This document shows, one piece after another, positions 9,968 through 19,857 of a stretch of DNA of 64,000 nucleotides. Both the position numbers and the translations under genes were made by a program. The notes under the pieces are model-generated. The model was not told the origin of the DNA. It ran no database searches and worked only from the letters and a program-made list of their open reading frames with translations. The DNA is taken from positions 256,001 through 320,000 of the forward strand of contig OZ244719.1 in assembly GCA_965219095.1 (NCBI GenBank), read 5' to 3'. How positions within the stretch are numbered: the first letter of the stretch is position 1; each line of letters opens with the position of its first letter. Source of the stretch: Bdellovibrionales bacterium. Its GTDB lineage: Bacteria; Bdellovibrionota; Bdellovibrionia; Bdellovibrionales; UBA1609.

Positions 9968-11380
9968 ATACCATTTCCAAAAATTAATTCGACATTTTTT
10001 TAACGCATTGCGTCCTGGCTTTTTGATAAAACTCTGTTAAATTTTTAGAGTCATGTCGAAAAAAGATTTAGTTACACAGATTCAAGGGTATAATTTTCTA
10101 GCTACTTACAAAGTAGAAAGAAGTGCCAACATCAAGACAAAATTATTGGCTTTGCAGCATATGCAAGAAGGAAAATCGATTCAAGAAACAGCAGGTATGG
10201 TTTTGTATCACCGTCACAGTATCAAATCCTGGTTACAGTCTTTTTTTGTAGACTTTGATTACGAGGGATTGATAGATCGAGAAGGCAGAGGACGCAAGCC
10301 TCGTTTGCCAGTGACAGAAGAGGAGAGGTTCAAAATCAAGTTAGATGAAATTCAAGACAAAAGAGAGGGAGGAAGCATAGGAGCAAAGGAAATACAGAAA
10401 CTTTTAGCAGATGAATTTGACTGTTGCTATTCTCTTTCTGGGGTTTATGTTTCTTTAGACCGCCTTAATATTGTATGGATCAGTGGTCGTTCTCTTCATC
10501 CTAAAAGTTCATTAAGAAGCTATGGAACAGTTTAAGGAACATTTTCCAGAAGAGGTGGAGAAAATAAAGGAAAAGATTCAGACTAATAAAATAGAGATTT
10601 GGTGGCAGGATGAATGCAGAATAAGCTCAGCAAGGTTCTTTGAGTAGGATTTGGGCAAGAAAAGGCACACGGCCTAGAGTTGTGAGGCAAAGACAATTTT
10701 TATCCACTTATATTTTTGGAGCAGTTTGTCCGGATAGAGATAAAGGCTGTGCTTGGATTTTACCGGAATGTAATTCAGGGATGATGCAAATTCACTTAGA
10801 TGAGATATCTAAAAATATTCAAGAAAACTATCATGGAATTGTTTTAATGGACAGAGCCAGTTGGCATACCACAGAGACTTTGATAGTTCCTAAGAATTTA
10901 TCCCTGATGCCTTTACCTCCTTATAGTCCAGAATTAAATCCCATGGAACAAGTCTGGCAACAATTACGAAGGATCAAATTATCGAATGCATGTTTTAAAA
11001 ACTATGACCATATACTGAATACTTGTTGTGAGGCCTGGAATACTTTTTGCGATCAGGAGGGCAGGATTAAAAAATTATGCACTCGATCTTGGGCAAAACA
11101 ACAAGATGAATCAAGCTTGTAAATTAATTTGAACCTATAAATTAAATTGTGTAACTGATTTTTTTCATTTTAAATTTTACCCTCACTTTTTCACTTATTT
11201 TAACCCATCAATCGATTTACACAACAAATAGATATACCTGAAATAAACTTATCTTATGAAAACTTAAACTCACCTTAAAAGAAGTTTTTTTAAAACCTCC
11301 TAACTGAAACTTTTCCTTAAGTCAATTTTAAAATTTTAAATTTGAACATGAAAATGTCGAATTAATTTCTGTAATTGGTA
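9968..11380 (+). mobile_element. IS630-family element (type A), frameshifted, inserted in an inverted fragment of itself
   Basis: Matches 62228-63469. The flanks 9866-9967 and 11381-11413 rejoin as reverse-strand IS630 sequence (GGAGG-TA-AAGGCATC). Confidence 0.9.
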
Positions 11381-11611
11381 TAAAGGCATCAGAGATAAAT
11401 TCTTAGGAACTATTACAATTTAAACCCTGATCAAAGAAATATCTATAAAAAATTAGGCCTGAAATCCATTTTAACCCCTAAAATCCTATAACGCACCGTT
11501 TAAAATGTAGTGATCACGGTTTTACGTAACCACTTGAAATCATTAGATTCTTGAAAAGAAAACGTTGAAGTCGGGACAGCACAGCCTGAGTCTTCTAAAG
11601 GGGAACAATAA

Positions 11612-12136
11612 TTGAAGAAAATAATTTTTTTAGGTATTTTAATAATATCACAACTTGCATATGCTTCAAGAGAGCCTTTGCCTAACTTCGAACTCAACTC
11701 TGCAGATGGGCTTTTTAGAATTCGTCCAACTAAAGATGGTTCGCATCTGGTGATTCATTTAAAAACCCCTTTTTATGAAGATAGTCTAGACAGACAACTA
11801 AGAAGACTTGGTTTTCCAATAGGGCAGTATGAAACGATTACGATTCGAATACCAACCACTAAGTTGAGGTATAGAGGTGATTATTTATTTTACTTTAATT
11901 CTGACCGCTTATTACCACATGAAAAAACACAGGTTGCACTTATGTTTCGTAGTGCTGAGAAAAGAGAAAATTATGTTTTAAGAGAAGAGATTGCTGATTT
12001 TTACTTGTGGACCTCTGAGGTCACTATAACAGACGCACGTTATGATGGTTTGGTAAAGAGTCAACTTAGAGTGTTCTTTCAAATTCGGTTTGAGGGTGAA
12101 GAAAATATTGGGGTTAATGTAGAAGAAAGATTTTAG
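11612..12136 (+). CDS. Hypothetical secreted protein (passenger gene)
   Basis: MKKIIFLG...AYA signal peptide, purine-rich RBS and a downstream hairpin. Confidence 0.75.
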   Translation: MKKIIFLGILIISQLAYASREPLPNFELNSADGLFRIRPTKDGSHLVIHLKTPFYEDSLDRQLRRLGFPIGQYETITIRIPTTKLRYRGDYLFYFNSDRLLPHEKTQVALMFRSAEKRENYVLREEIADFYLWTSEVTITDARYDGLVKSQLRVFFQIRFEGEENIGVNVEERF

Positions 12137-12175
12137 TGGTTAGCAGAACCCACCCATAAGATCTTTTAGAGTCTA

Positions 12176-12205
12176 ACAGGGAGCATCCGGTGGGATGTTT
12201 CCTGT
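12176..12205 (+). terminator. Stem-loop after the passenger gene
   Basis: ACAGGGAGCATCC-GGTG-GGATGTTTCCTGT, pairing with G-U pairs. Confidence 0.5.
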
Positions 12206-12961
12206 GTTGTGAAGATAGCAGTCTAGCTAGGCTGGAAAGTAACTGTAACTATCACACATTAAGTGCAAGAAGTTAAAAGCATCTTTAGTTGTAATAGACG
12301 TTATATGATCTGACAGTTACCCTTTAGCCAGTAAATTTTTTTCATAACTTCACCTTAGAAGAACTGTAAAAGAATTAACTGGTCAGAACACTAGTGGAGC
12401 TCGGCGTGGAGAAAGTAGCCAGACGACTAAGAAGCATTGGTTTTCCAATAGGGCGTGCGAATACCAACCACTGTGGGAAAATCTAGAGGTGGATCCACAA
12501 CAAAAATACACATGGCCTCTGATGCACATGGAAATCCGCTCTGTTTTAAAATCACTGAGAGTGAAGTGCACGACAGTCAAGTTGCAGGTGATTTAATTGA
12601 TGAGTTTCATAGTGAGTATTTGATTGCTGACAAGGCCTATGACTCGGATGAGATACGAGATAAGGCTCGTAGTAAGAAGGTAAAGCCTGTGATACCGAGA
12701 CGAAAAAATAGCAAAAAGAAAAATAAAGATTTTGATCGTCATATCTATAAATCTCGACATCAGATAGAAAACCTTTTTGCTCGTCTTAAGCATTTTAGAG
12801 GTATTGCCACTCGATTTGAAAAGCTTGCTAGAAATTTCAAAGCTATGCTATCTATAGCATGTATGTTTATTTGGCTTAAACTTCAAAGTAAAGGTCCAGT
12901 CAAATGAGGACACGCCTTAGTATGAGTTGTAAAATAAGGGACTAATTTACAGGCTTACCCC

Positions 12962-14086
12962 CTAAGCTTCAAGTTTTCTCAAAAAATCTTCAAAAGACTC
13001 AATAAGAACCCCTTTGAAAAATAAATTCCTGTTTAAAGAATAAACAATTTGTTTTGATGTGATTTTATGCTGTTGTGCCATATCGATAAGTATCTTTGAA
13101 ATCTGTGTATCACTTGTTTTTACTTTAAGGCAAAGATTTAATGTTCCATTTTCTGAGAGACAGAAGTCAATTTCCTTTTTATCTTTGGTGCGAATATAAT
13201 GAAGGCTTATAGGTCGTCCTGTTTTTTCCCTCACAAACTGACAGTGCTTTAAAAGGTGAATGGCTATGAGGTTTTCAAGACATGCCCTCTTAGATGACTC
13301 AACAAAGTGCGAGTTATAGAAATAAACTTTTGGTGCTTTAAGAAGACTTCTGGGTATGTTTTGAGAAAAAGGAGTGATTCGAAAAATAAGATAAAGTTCT
13401 TCAAGAATGAAAAGGTATTTTGCCACAGTACCGTGTGCAAGTTGAAGTTTTTTTGAAATGTTTTGTAAAGAGAGAGGGGAGCCTATGTTATTTTGAAGAA
13501 TATCAATAAGAAGATTTATTTTGTTATGATTGTAGATGGTATGGATGTCTAAAAGATCTCCTCTTAATAGTGAATGAAGGTACTGGTTTTTCCATCTTTG
13601 AGATTCTTGTTTAGATTTTGCAAGCAGAGGTTCTGGAAAACCTCCCCGACTCAAAAGATCAGAAAGGCCTTTTTTGGATTTTGCTTTTCTAAGCTCTAAA
13701 ACAGAAAATGGCAGGAGTGTATGTGAAAAATATCTTCCCACTAAGGAGTCTCCCCCTTTAAAGAGGGTGTTAAGTCTAGCACTTCCTGTGACAAGAATGT
13801 GAAGATTTTTTTTTCGTGTATCAAAAATACCTTTCAAGTGATCTTTCCATTCATTCATTTTATGAATTTCATCAAAAACGAGTAAATCAGTTTCAGGATG
13901 CCAAAGTTGTTCTTCTATCACATGCCTGTCTTTCTTTTGGTCATAATTAAGGTAGAGAGGCTGTTTGTAGGATTTCATGATTTGTTTTGAAAGAATAGTT
14001 TTTCCTACCTGCCTAGGTCCCATAAGAAAGACCATTTTTTTTTTGAGATCTTTTAAAATGAACTCTTTTTGAAATCTCTTGATCAT
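12962..14086 (-). CDS. AAA-family ATPase with DUF4143-like C-terminus
   Basis: Walker A GPRQVGKT, FDEIH, TGSA, GGFPE, K.YF, LEN.IA and EIDF. Confidence 0.88.
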   Translation of the reverse strand: MIKRFQKEFILKDLKKKMVFLMGPRQVGKTILSKQIMKSYKQPLYLNYDQKKDRHVIEEQLWHPETDLLVFDEIHKMNEWKDHLKGIFDTRKKNLHILVTGSARLNTLFKGGDSLVGRYFSHTLLPFSVLELRKAKSKKGLSDLLSRGGFPEPLLAKSKQESQRWKNQYLHSLLRGDLLDIHTIYNHNKINLLIDILQNNIGSPLSLQNISKKLQLAHGTVAKYLFILEELYLIFRITPFSQNIPRSLLKAPKVYFYNSHFVESSKRACLENLIAIHLLKHCQFVREKTGRPISLHYIRTKDKKEIDFCLSENGTLNLCLKVKTSDTQISKILIDMAQQHKITSKQIVYSLNRNLFFKGVLIESFEDFLRKLEA

Positions 14087-14291
14087 ACGTCCATTTTACT
14101 ATAATATGGAAAATAGTCAGGATTTTTTTATATTTTGATGGAAAATAGTCGTATTTGTTGTTGAAATCAGTGAAATAAATGTTCAACAAAGCCCACTTTC
14201 AGTATATTCAAAACGTCTAAAAGTTTAAAAAGATACAATCAAATGAGGATATACTCTAGACTTTTTTCATATTTTACGCTAAACATCGGCT

Positions 14292-15242
14292 ATGGAAAAC
14301 TTTCAAATCTTCTCAGGAAATTCTAATCCTGCTTTCTCTCAAGCGGTGGCTAAGGCCTTAGAAATTCCTTTGGGAAAATGTCAACTCAGTCGTTTTGCTG
14401 ATGGCGAAGTACAGGTGGAGATCGATGAGAGCGTAAGAGGACATCACGTATTTGTTATTCAAAGCTGTTGTCATCCTGTAAATGAAAGTTATATGGAGCT
14501 TTTTATTTTACTTGACGCTTTAAAAAGAGCTTCAGCTGAGACCATCACAGCCATCATTCCTTACTATGGTTACGCAAGACAAGATCGCAAAGTTGCTCCT
14601 AGGGCTCCTATTTCAGCCAAGCGCATTGCTAATCTTCTTGAAAGCTGTGGTGTGGATCGGATTGTGACTGTAGAGCTTCATTCAGGTCAAATACAAGGTT
14701 TTTTTGATTGCCCCGTGGATCATCTTTTTTCAATACCCTCTATAGCTCGCTACTGGGAGGAAAATCTCAAAGAAGATAAAGAGAATTTTGTGATTGTCAG
14801 CCCTGATCCAGGAGGAGTGCAAAGGGTCCAAATCTTAGCCAAAGCCATGAAAACGCCCCTTGCTATTATTGACAAAAGGCGCTCAGGTCCTAATCGAGCT
14901 AAAGCCTTTCATTTGATTGGAAATGTAAAAGGCAAAACAGCTGTAATTTTTGATGACATTATTGATACAGCTGGTACGACTATAGAGGCCTCCCAAGTTC
15001 TCCTCAAAAATGGAGCAAAAGATGTGATCGCTATTGCCACTCATGGGGTCTTTTCTCCTCCTGCATCTGAAAGGCTTAAACAAAGCTCTCTATCTCAAAT
15101 TTGGGTCACAGATACCATTCCCTTAAGACAGGAGTTAAAAAACTATGATAAGTTAAAAGTGATATCTGTTGCTCCTGTAGTTGCAGAAGCGATCAAAAGA
15201 ATTTACAATCATCAATCAGTGACTTCACTGTTTCATATATAG
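14292..15242 (+). CDS. prs: Ribose-phosphate pyrophosphokinase
   Basis: FADGE, YYGYARQDRK and DDIIDTAGT. Confidence 0.97.
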   Translation: MENFQIFSGNSNPAFSQAVAKALEIPLGKCQLSRFADGEVQVEIDESVRGHHVFVIQSCCHPVNESYMELFILLDALKRASAETITAIIPYYGYARQDRKVAPRAPISAKRIANLLESCGVDRIVTVELHSGQIQGFFDCPVDHLFSIPSIARYWEENLKEDKENFVIVSPDPGGVQRVQILAKAMKTPLAIIDKRRSGPNRAKAFHLIGNVKGKTAVIFDDIIDTAGTTIEASQVLLKNGAKDVIAIATHGVFSPPASERLKQSSLSQIWVTDTIPLRQELKNYDKLKVISVAPVVAEAIKRIYNHQSVTSLFHI

Positions 15243-15277
15243 ATTCATGTTAGGAAGAAAAATAAAGGAGTTATAAA

Positions 15278-15976
15278 ATGGAAAAACAATTTATCAAACT
15301 AAATATAAAAAGTCGTTTGCAAGGAAAGTCAATAGCAAGGAAGTTAAGAAGACAAAAACTCATTCCTGCTATTGTCTATGGCCCTAAAACCAAAAACCAT
15401 TTGTTTTTTCTAAATCACAATGATGCTGTTAAGTACACAAGTCATAAATACGATAATGTTATCTTTAAACTTGATTCTGATGATAAGCATTTAAAAAATA
15501 TTCATGCTCTGATCAAAAGTGTGGATCGAGATGCTATTAAAAACACGGCAATTCATATTGATTTCTACGCTCTTAATATGTCAGAGAGAATTCGAGTGAA
15601 TGTGGAAATTAAGTTTGAAGGGAAACCTATAGGACTTCAATCAAACGGTATTGTGAGTGTTGTAAAAAGAAATGTAGAACTAGAGTGTCTTCCTACAGAT
15701 ATACCTGAGTTCATTACAGCAGACATCTCAGAGTTGAACATCCATCAGTCCCTCAAAGTTTCCGATATCAAGATACCTGATAATATGAAACTTATCACTT
15801 CAGAAACAGAAACTCTTGTGACCATTAGTCTTATAGAGGAAGAACCTGAAACTCCTGTCGAAGCTACTGCAGAAAAAGAACCAGAAAGTTCTGAACCACA
15901 AGAGACGAAAGATGGGGAAAAACCTCCTTCTGATACCCTAACCAAAGAAGGGTCTAAAGATAAGGAAAAACCCTAA
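15278..15976 (+). CDS. rplY: 50S ribosomal protein L25/Ctc
   Basis: IPAIVYG, HIDF, acidic tail and prs-rplY-pth synteny. Confidence 0.93.
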   Translation: MEKQFIKLNIKSRLQGKSIARKLRRQKLIPAIVYGPKTKNHLFFLNHNDAVKYTSHKYDNVIFKLDSDDKHLKNIHALIKSVDRDAIKNTAIHIDFYALNMSERIRVNVEIKFEGKPIGLQSNGIVSVVKRNVELECLPTDIPEFITADISELNIHQSLKVSDIKIPDNMKLITSETETLVTISLIEEEPETPVEATAEKEPESSEPQETKDGEKPPSDTLTKEGSKDKEKP

Positions 15977-15979
15977 AAT

Positions 15980-16549
15980 ATGGTGTTTTTTGGCCTAGGA
16001 AATCCAGGCCCTAAGTACAAGAATACGAGACATAACATTGGCTTTATGATTATAGATTTTATAGCTTCTAAAGAAGGTGTGTGTTTTAAGAAAGAAAACT
16101 TATGTCTTGTAAGTTCTTTTTCCTACAAAGGACAAAGGATTATTCTTGCTAAACCTCAAACTTATATGAATCTCTCAGGTGATGGAGTCAGACAAGTTCT
16201 TAATTTCTATAAACTCTCTCTCTCTGATATACTTGTCATTCATGATGATTTAGATTTAGAGTTCTTAAATTTAAAGTTTCAAAAAAATAGAGGCTCAGGA
16301 GGACATAAGGGGATCTCTCACATCCATAAAGTTTTAAACACATCTAGTTACATGAGGTTAAAGTTAGGCATTGGAAAGGATAAAGAAAATTCTCAGAAAA
16401 CTTCTGATTTTGTTTTAGATAAGTTCTCTCAAACACAAGATCTTGTCTTAAAAAAATTCATTGAAAAAAGCACAGAAGGCCTTTATTTTCTGTTAGATCA
16501 TAACTTTCATAAAACAGCTTCCTTGTTTAATGGAGTTTTGAAAATTTGA
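15980..16549 (+). CDS. pth: Peptidyl-tRNA hydrolase
   Basis: GLGNPG, TRHNIGF, KPQTYMNLSG and HDDLDL. Confidence 0.96.
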   Translation: MVFFGLGNPGPKYKNTRHNIGFMIIDFIASKEGVCFKKENLCLVSSFSYKGQRIILAKPQTYMNLSGDGVRQVLNFYKLSLSDILVIHDDLDLEFLNLKFQKNRGSGGHKGISHIHKVLNTSSYMRLKLGIGKDKENSQKTSDFVLDKFSQTQDLVLKKFIEKSTEGLYFLLDHNFHKTASLFNGVLKI

Positions 16550-16573
16550 GTAATGATATAAGGAGTTAAAAGA

Positions 16574-17665
16574 ATGGGTTTAAAATGTGGAATTGTAGGC
16601 TTACCTAATGTAGGAAAGAGTACACTTTTTAACACCCTTACTTGCTCAAAAAAAGCTAGTGCCTCCAACTATCCTTTTTGCACTATTGAACCTAATATAG
16701 GGGTTGTTACAGTACCTGATTCAAGATTAGAAAAGATCTCAGAGATCATAAGACCTGAGAAAACAATTTCTGCTTTTATGGAGTTTGTAGATATTGCAGG
16801 TCTTGTAAAGGGAGCCAATCAGGGGGAAGGTTTAGGAAATCAATTTCTCTCCCATATCCGAGAGACCCAAGCTCTGCTTCATATAGTAAGATGTTTTGAA
16901 GATTCTCAAATTACTCACATTTATGATACAATCGATCCTTTAAGAGATATTGAAGTAATCACTACAGAGCTTTTACTGGCAGATTTAGAAAGTTTAGAAA
17001 GACAACTTGCTAAAAAAATAAAAATAGCTCAAGCCACAAAAGATAAGGACTTACAAAAAGAAGTTTCTATTCTAGAAACTCTTTTAAAACATTTAAACAA
17101 GGGGAAAAGTCCTAAGATTCTAGAGTTTCATTCAAAAGAGAAGGAATTTTTAAAAAAGCTCAATTTACTATCTTTAAAGCCTGTCGTATATGTATGCAAT
17201 ACTTCAGAGACCCATTCATCAAAGTTTGTAAAACAAGTTAAAGAATTTTCTCAAAAAGAGAAAAGTTCCTGCTTAACCGTTTCCACTCTTTTTGAGAGTG
17301 AGCTGAATCAAATACCGGAACAGGAAGCTCAAGAGTTTTTAGAGAGTATGGGCTTAAAGGAACCTAGTCTTCATCGCCTCATTCGTCACTCTTATAAACT
17401 TTTAGGTTTAAACACTTTTTTCACAGCCGGAAAAAAAGAAGTCAGAGCCTGGACCTTTAAAAAAGGTATGAAAGCTCCTCAAGTAGCTGGACTCATCCAC
17501 TCTGATTTTGAAAGGGGTTTCATCAAAGCTGAAGTTTATCATTCAGATGATCTTTTTAAACTGAAGTCAGAGGCTAAAATTCGTGCTACAGGAAAATACT
17601 TTGTACAAGGAAAGGATTATGAAGTAAAAGATGGTGATGTGATTTTTTTTAAATTCAATGTTTGA
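16574..17665 (+). CDS. ychF: Redox-regulated ATPase YchF
   Basis: GIVGLPNVGKST, NYPFCTIEPN and DIAGLVKGA. Confidence 0.97.
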   Translation: MGLKCGIVGLPNVGKSTLFNTLTCSKKASASNYPFCTIEPNIGVVTVPDSRLEKISEIIRPEKTISAFMEFVDIAGLVKGANQGEGLGNQFLSHIRETQALLHIVRCFEDSQITHIYDTIDPLRDIEVITTELLLADLESLERQLAKKIKIAQATKDKDLQKEVSILETLLKHLNKGKSPKILEFHSKEKEFLKKLNLLSLKPVVYVCNTSETHSSKFVKQVKEFSQKEKSSCLTVSTLFESELNQIPEQEAQEFLESMGLKEPSLHRLIRHSYKLLGLNTFFTAGKKEVRAWTFKKGMKAPQVAGLIHSDFERGFIKAEVYHSDDLFKLKSEAKIRATGKYFVQGKDYEVKDGDVIFFKFNV

Positions 17666-17678
17666 AAGAAGTTAAATG

Positions 17679-17748
17679 GTAAGTCGGTTTCTTAACAGCC
17701 CTTGACTCCTACAAGGAGAAGTCAAGGGCTATTAAGAAACCGACTTAC
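17679..17748. mobile_element. 70-bp palindromic MITE with 8-bp target duplication (IS66-like GTAA ends)
   Basis: 29-bp arms with 1 mismatch, flanked by direct GTTAAATG at 17671-17678 and 17749-17756. Confidence 0.8.
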
Positions 17749-17817
17749 GTTAAATGTAATAAAGTGTGATAGACGTTATATGATCTGACAGTTACCCTTT
17801 CTGGGTTGATAAAAAAC

Positions 17818-17842
17818 TGTCCACTTTTTTGGGGGAAGATCA
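17818..17842 (-). mobile_element. Solo IS3-family terminal repeat
   Basis: The reverse complement TGATCTTCCCCCAAAAAAGTGGACA resembles IS3-type TG-ended IRs. Confidence 0.55.
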
Positions 17843-18118
17843 CATGTCTTTTAGCCTCATCTTTTTTCCTTTCTGTTTTGCAAGGTTTTTTATCTGTTTT
17901 TCCATTTCCTTGCAATTATTTTTATGCAAAAATTACAAAAAAACAAGTGTTTTTAGCTGTTTGTGCATTTTTCACATTCAACTATTTACCGTTATTACAG
18001 CTAAAAACCTAAATGGAAGCACCATATACATTTCTTTTAAGTTTTTTAGAAAAGTGGTAAAGAGCTAGGCCTTTTAACACAGGATGTAAGGAAGTACTAG
18101 GCTTTTAAAAATTTTTTG

Positions 18119-18147
18119 TTGAGTAAAAGTTGGAAATTTATTATGAT
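18119..18147 (+). promoter_or_regulatory. Putative tRNA promoter
   Basis: TTGAGT-N17-TATGAT with an adjacent TATAAT, about 40 bp upstream of the tRNA. Confidence 0.45.
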
Positions 18148-18186
18148 TATAATTAAGTCAGATTTCCCTTTGGGAATATCCTTTGA

Positions 18187-18263
<77 letters not shown>

Positions 18264-18360
18264 TCTCTCACAAAAGAAACTCTCATGCGAAATTAAATCT
18301 GTATAGGGTGGTTCAAAAACTTAAGTTACGGATATCTCCAAATAAATTGTAAAGGACATG

Positions 18361-19842
18361 TCAAGAAGAATAGTTTTTACACCTTAAAGGAATTGAGATT
18401 TCTTTTGTGAAAGTAGCCGGGGAGTCTAATTCAAAGACTTGTATAGCATTGGTTTTAGCTTTTTTTTCTACAGGAAACCCAAGAGTTAAAATCACTTTCT
18501 CTCCAGGTTTTAGAAGCCCATAATGAAGCAGTCGGCATTGAATTTCACTCCAAACTTGCTCTAAACTATTATAAGGACTAATAGCAAAGGTTTGTATCCC
18601 CCACACAAGTTCCAAAGAATTTAAAGTCTGTAAAATATCTGTGACAGCAATAATACGAGCTTTAGGACGATAGCTTGAAATCTGAGTAGCTGTTTTTCCA
18701 GAAGTTGTAAGACAGACAATGGCTGAAGCATTGAGTTTTAAAGCTGAAAGACAAGCACTTGCAGAAATCGTTTCTGTCACAGTCAAAGACTCTGTCTCTA
18801 AAGACAAATTGTAATAATAGCTTCCTTTTGTCTCTACAGCACAAATGATCTCATGCATGGTGCTTATACATTCTAAGGGGTATTTTCCGCTAGCAGTTTC
18901 ATTAGAGAGCATAAGAGCATCAGAGCCATCTAAAACAGCATTAGCCACATCGGTAAGCTCAGCTTTTGTGGGTCTAGGATGATACACCATACTATCTAAC
19001 ATTTGAGTGGCTGTGATCACAGGCACTCCTTTTTTGTTGCACATTTTAATAATCTGTTTTTGCCAATAAGGCAGGGTCGCTGCATCTGTTTCAATGGCTA
19101 AATCCCCTCTTGCGACCATGATACCATCACTATACTCGATAATCTCATCTAGGTTTTGAAGAGCTTCATAACGTTCAATTTTAGCAATAATTCTAATCCT
19201 TGACCCTCTTTGTTTTAAAATCTTTTTTAAATCTAAAATATCTTGACCACACCTTACAAAACTTAAAGCAACAAACTCTAAAGAATTTTCTAAAGCAAAC
19301 TCTAAATCCTTTTTATCTTTTTGTGTTAAACAGGCTACAGGTAAAATCCCATTAGGAAAATTCATACCTTTGCGGCTTTTTAATTCTCCCCCTACGAGAA
19401 CACGGCAGTGAACCACATTATCAAATTGAGAGACCACTTCTAGCTCTAAGAGGCCATCGTCTAAAAGAATCTTTTGTCCCTTTTTAGAAGAAACTTGTAA
19501 AATTTCTTTAAAGTCTGTAGGAATTTCACCGATTCTTCCTATTTCAAAATCAGGAGAAATTCTCACCATCTCCCCTTCTTTCAAAAAAATGGAGCCTTCT
19601 TCAAACTTTCCTACACGGATTTTAGGCCCTTGAAGATCTTGTAAGATTCCCACGGGGGCCTTTAATTTTCTTGACAGCTTTCGAATCATCTTTAAGCTTT
19701 GTAAGTGCTCCTTTTTTGTTCCATGAGAAAAATTAAGTCGAGCCACATTAAGACCTTTTTTTAAAGCCTCCTCTAAAGAGGCTTCATTAGAAAGTGAAGG
19801 TCCTAAAGTCGCAACAATTTTAACTCTTCTATCAGCTAACAT
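18361..19842 (-). CDS. pyk: Pyruvate kinase
   Basis: KIVATLGP, ARLNFSHG, DLQGPKIR, MVARGDL and ATQMLDSM. Confidence 0.97.
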   Translation of the reverse strand: MLADRRVKIVATLGPSLSNEASLEEALKKGLNVARLNFSHGTKKEHLQSLKMIRKLSRKLKAPVGILQDLQGPKIRVGKFEEGSIFLKEGEMVRISPDFEIGRIGEIPTDFKEILQVSSKKGQKILLDDGLLELEVVSQFDNVVHCRVLVGGELKSRKGMNFPNGILPVACLTQKDKKDLEFALENSLEFVALSFVRCGQDILDLKKILKQRGSRIRIIAKIERYEALQNLDEIIEYSDGIMVARGDLAIETDAATLPYWQKQIIKMCNKKGVPVITATQMLDSMVYHPRPTKAELTDVANAVLDGSDALMLSNETASGKYPLECISTMHEIICAVETKGSYYYNLSLETESLTVTETISASACLSALKLNASAIVCLTTSGKTATQISSYRPKARIIAVTDILQTLNSLELVWGIQTFAISPYNSLEQVWSEIQCRLLHYGLLKPGEKVILTLGFPVEKKAKTNAIQVFELDSPATFTKEISIPLRCKNYSS

Positions 19843-19857
19843 AAAAGTGACTTTTCT

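Larger units (their letters stand above)
9833..12390. mobile_element. Non-autonomous TIR-bounded segment with CTAG target duplication
   Basis: 29-bp imperfect TIR TGTTCTGACCAGT.AATT.TTT.ACA.TT (25/29). CTAG occurs at 9829-9832 and 12391-12394, where the intact IS5 has a single CTAG. Confidence 0.8.
9428..12917 (+). mobile_element. IS5-family element, split at CTAG by a 2.56-kb insertion
   Basis: 9428-9832 and 12391-12917 match the intact copy at 48447-49317. TIR GGG(C/T)(G/A)TGTCCTCATTT with TA flanks. Confidence 0.9.

Noticed and set aside
12171..12212. attC-like site (GTCTAAC...GTT) after the passenger gene
   Set aside because: Too short, no proper GTTRRRY and no integrase. A terminator is the simpler explanation.
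17806..18068. Two short ORFs between ychF and tRNA-Asp
   Set aside because: Low-complexity AT-rich frames that cross IS-end remnants.
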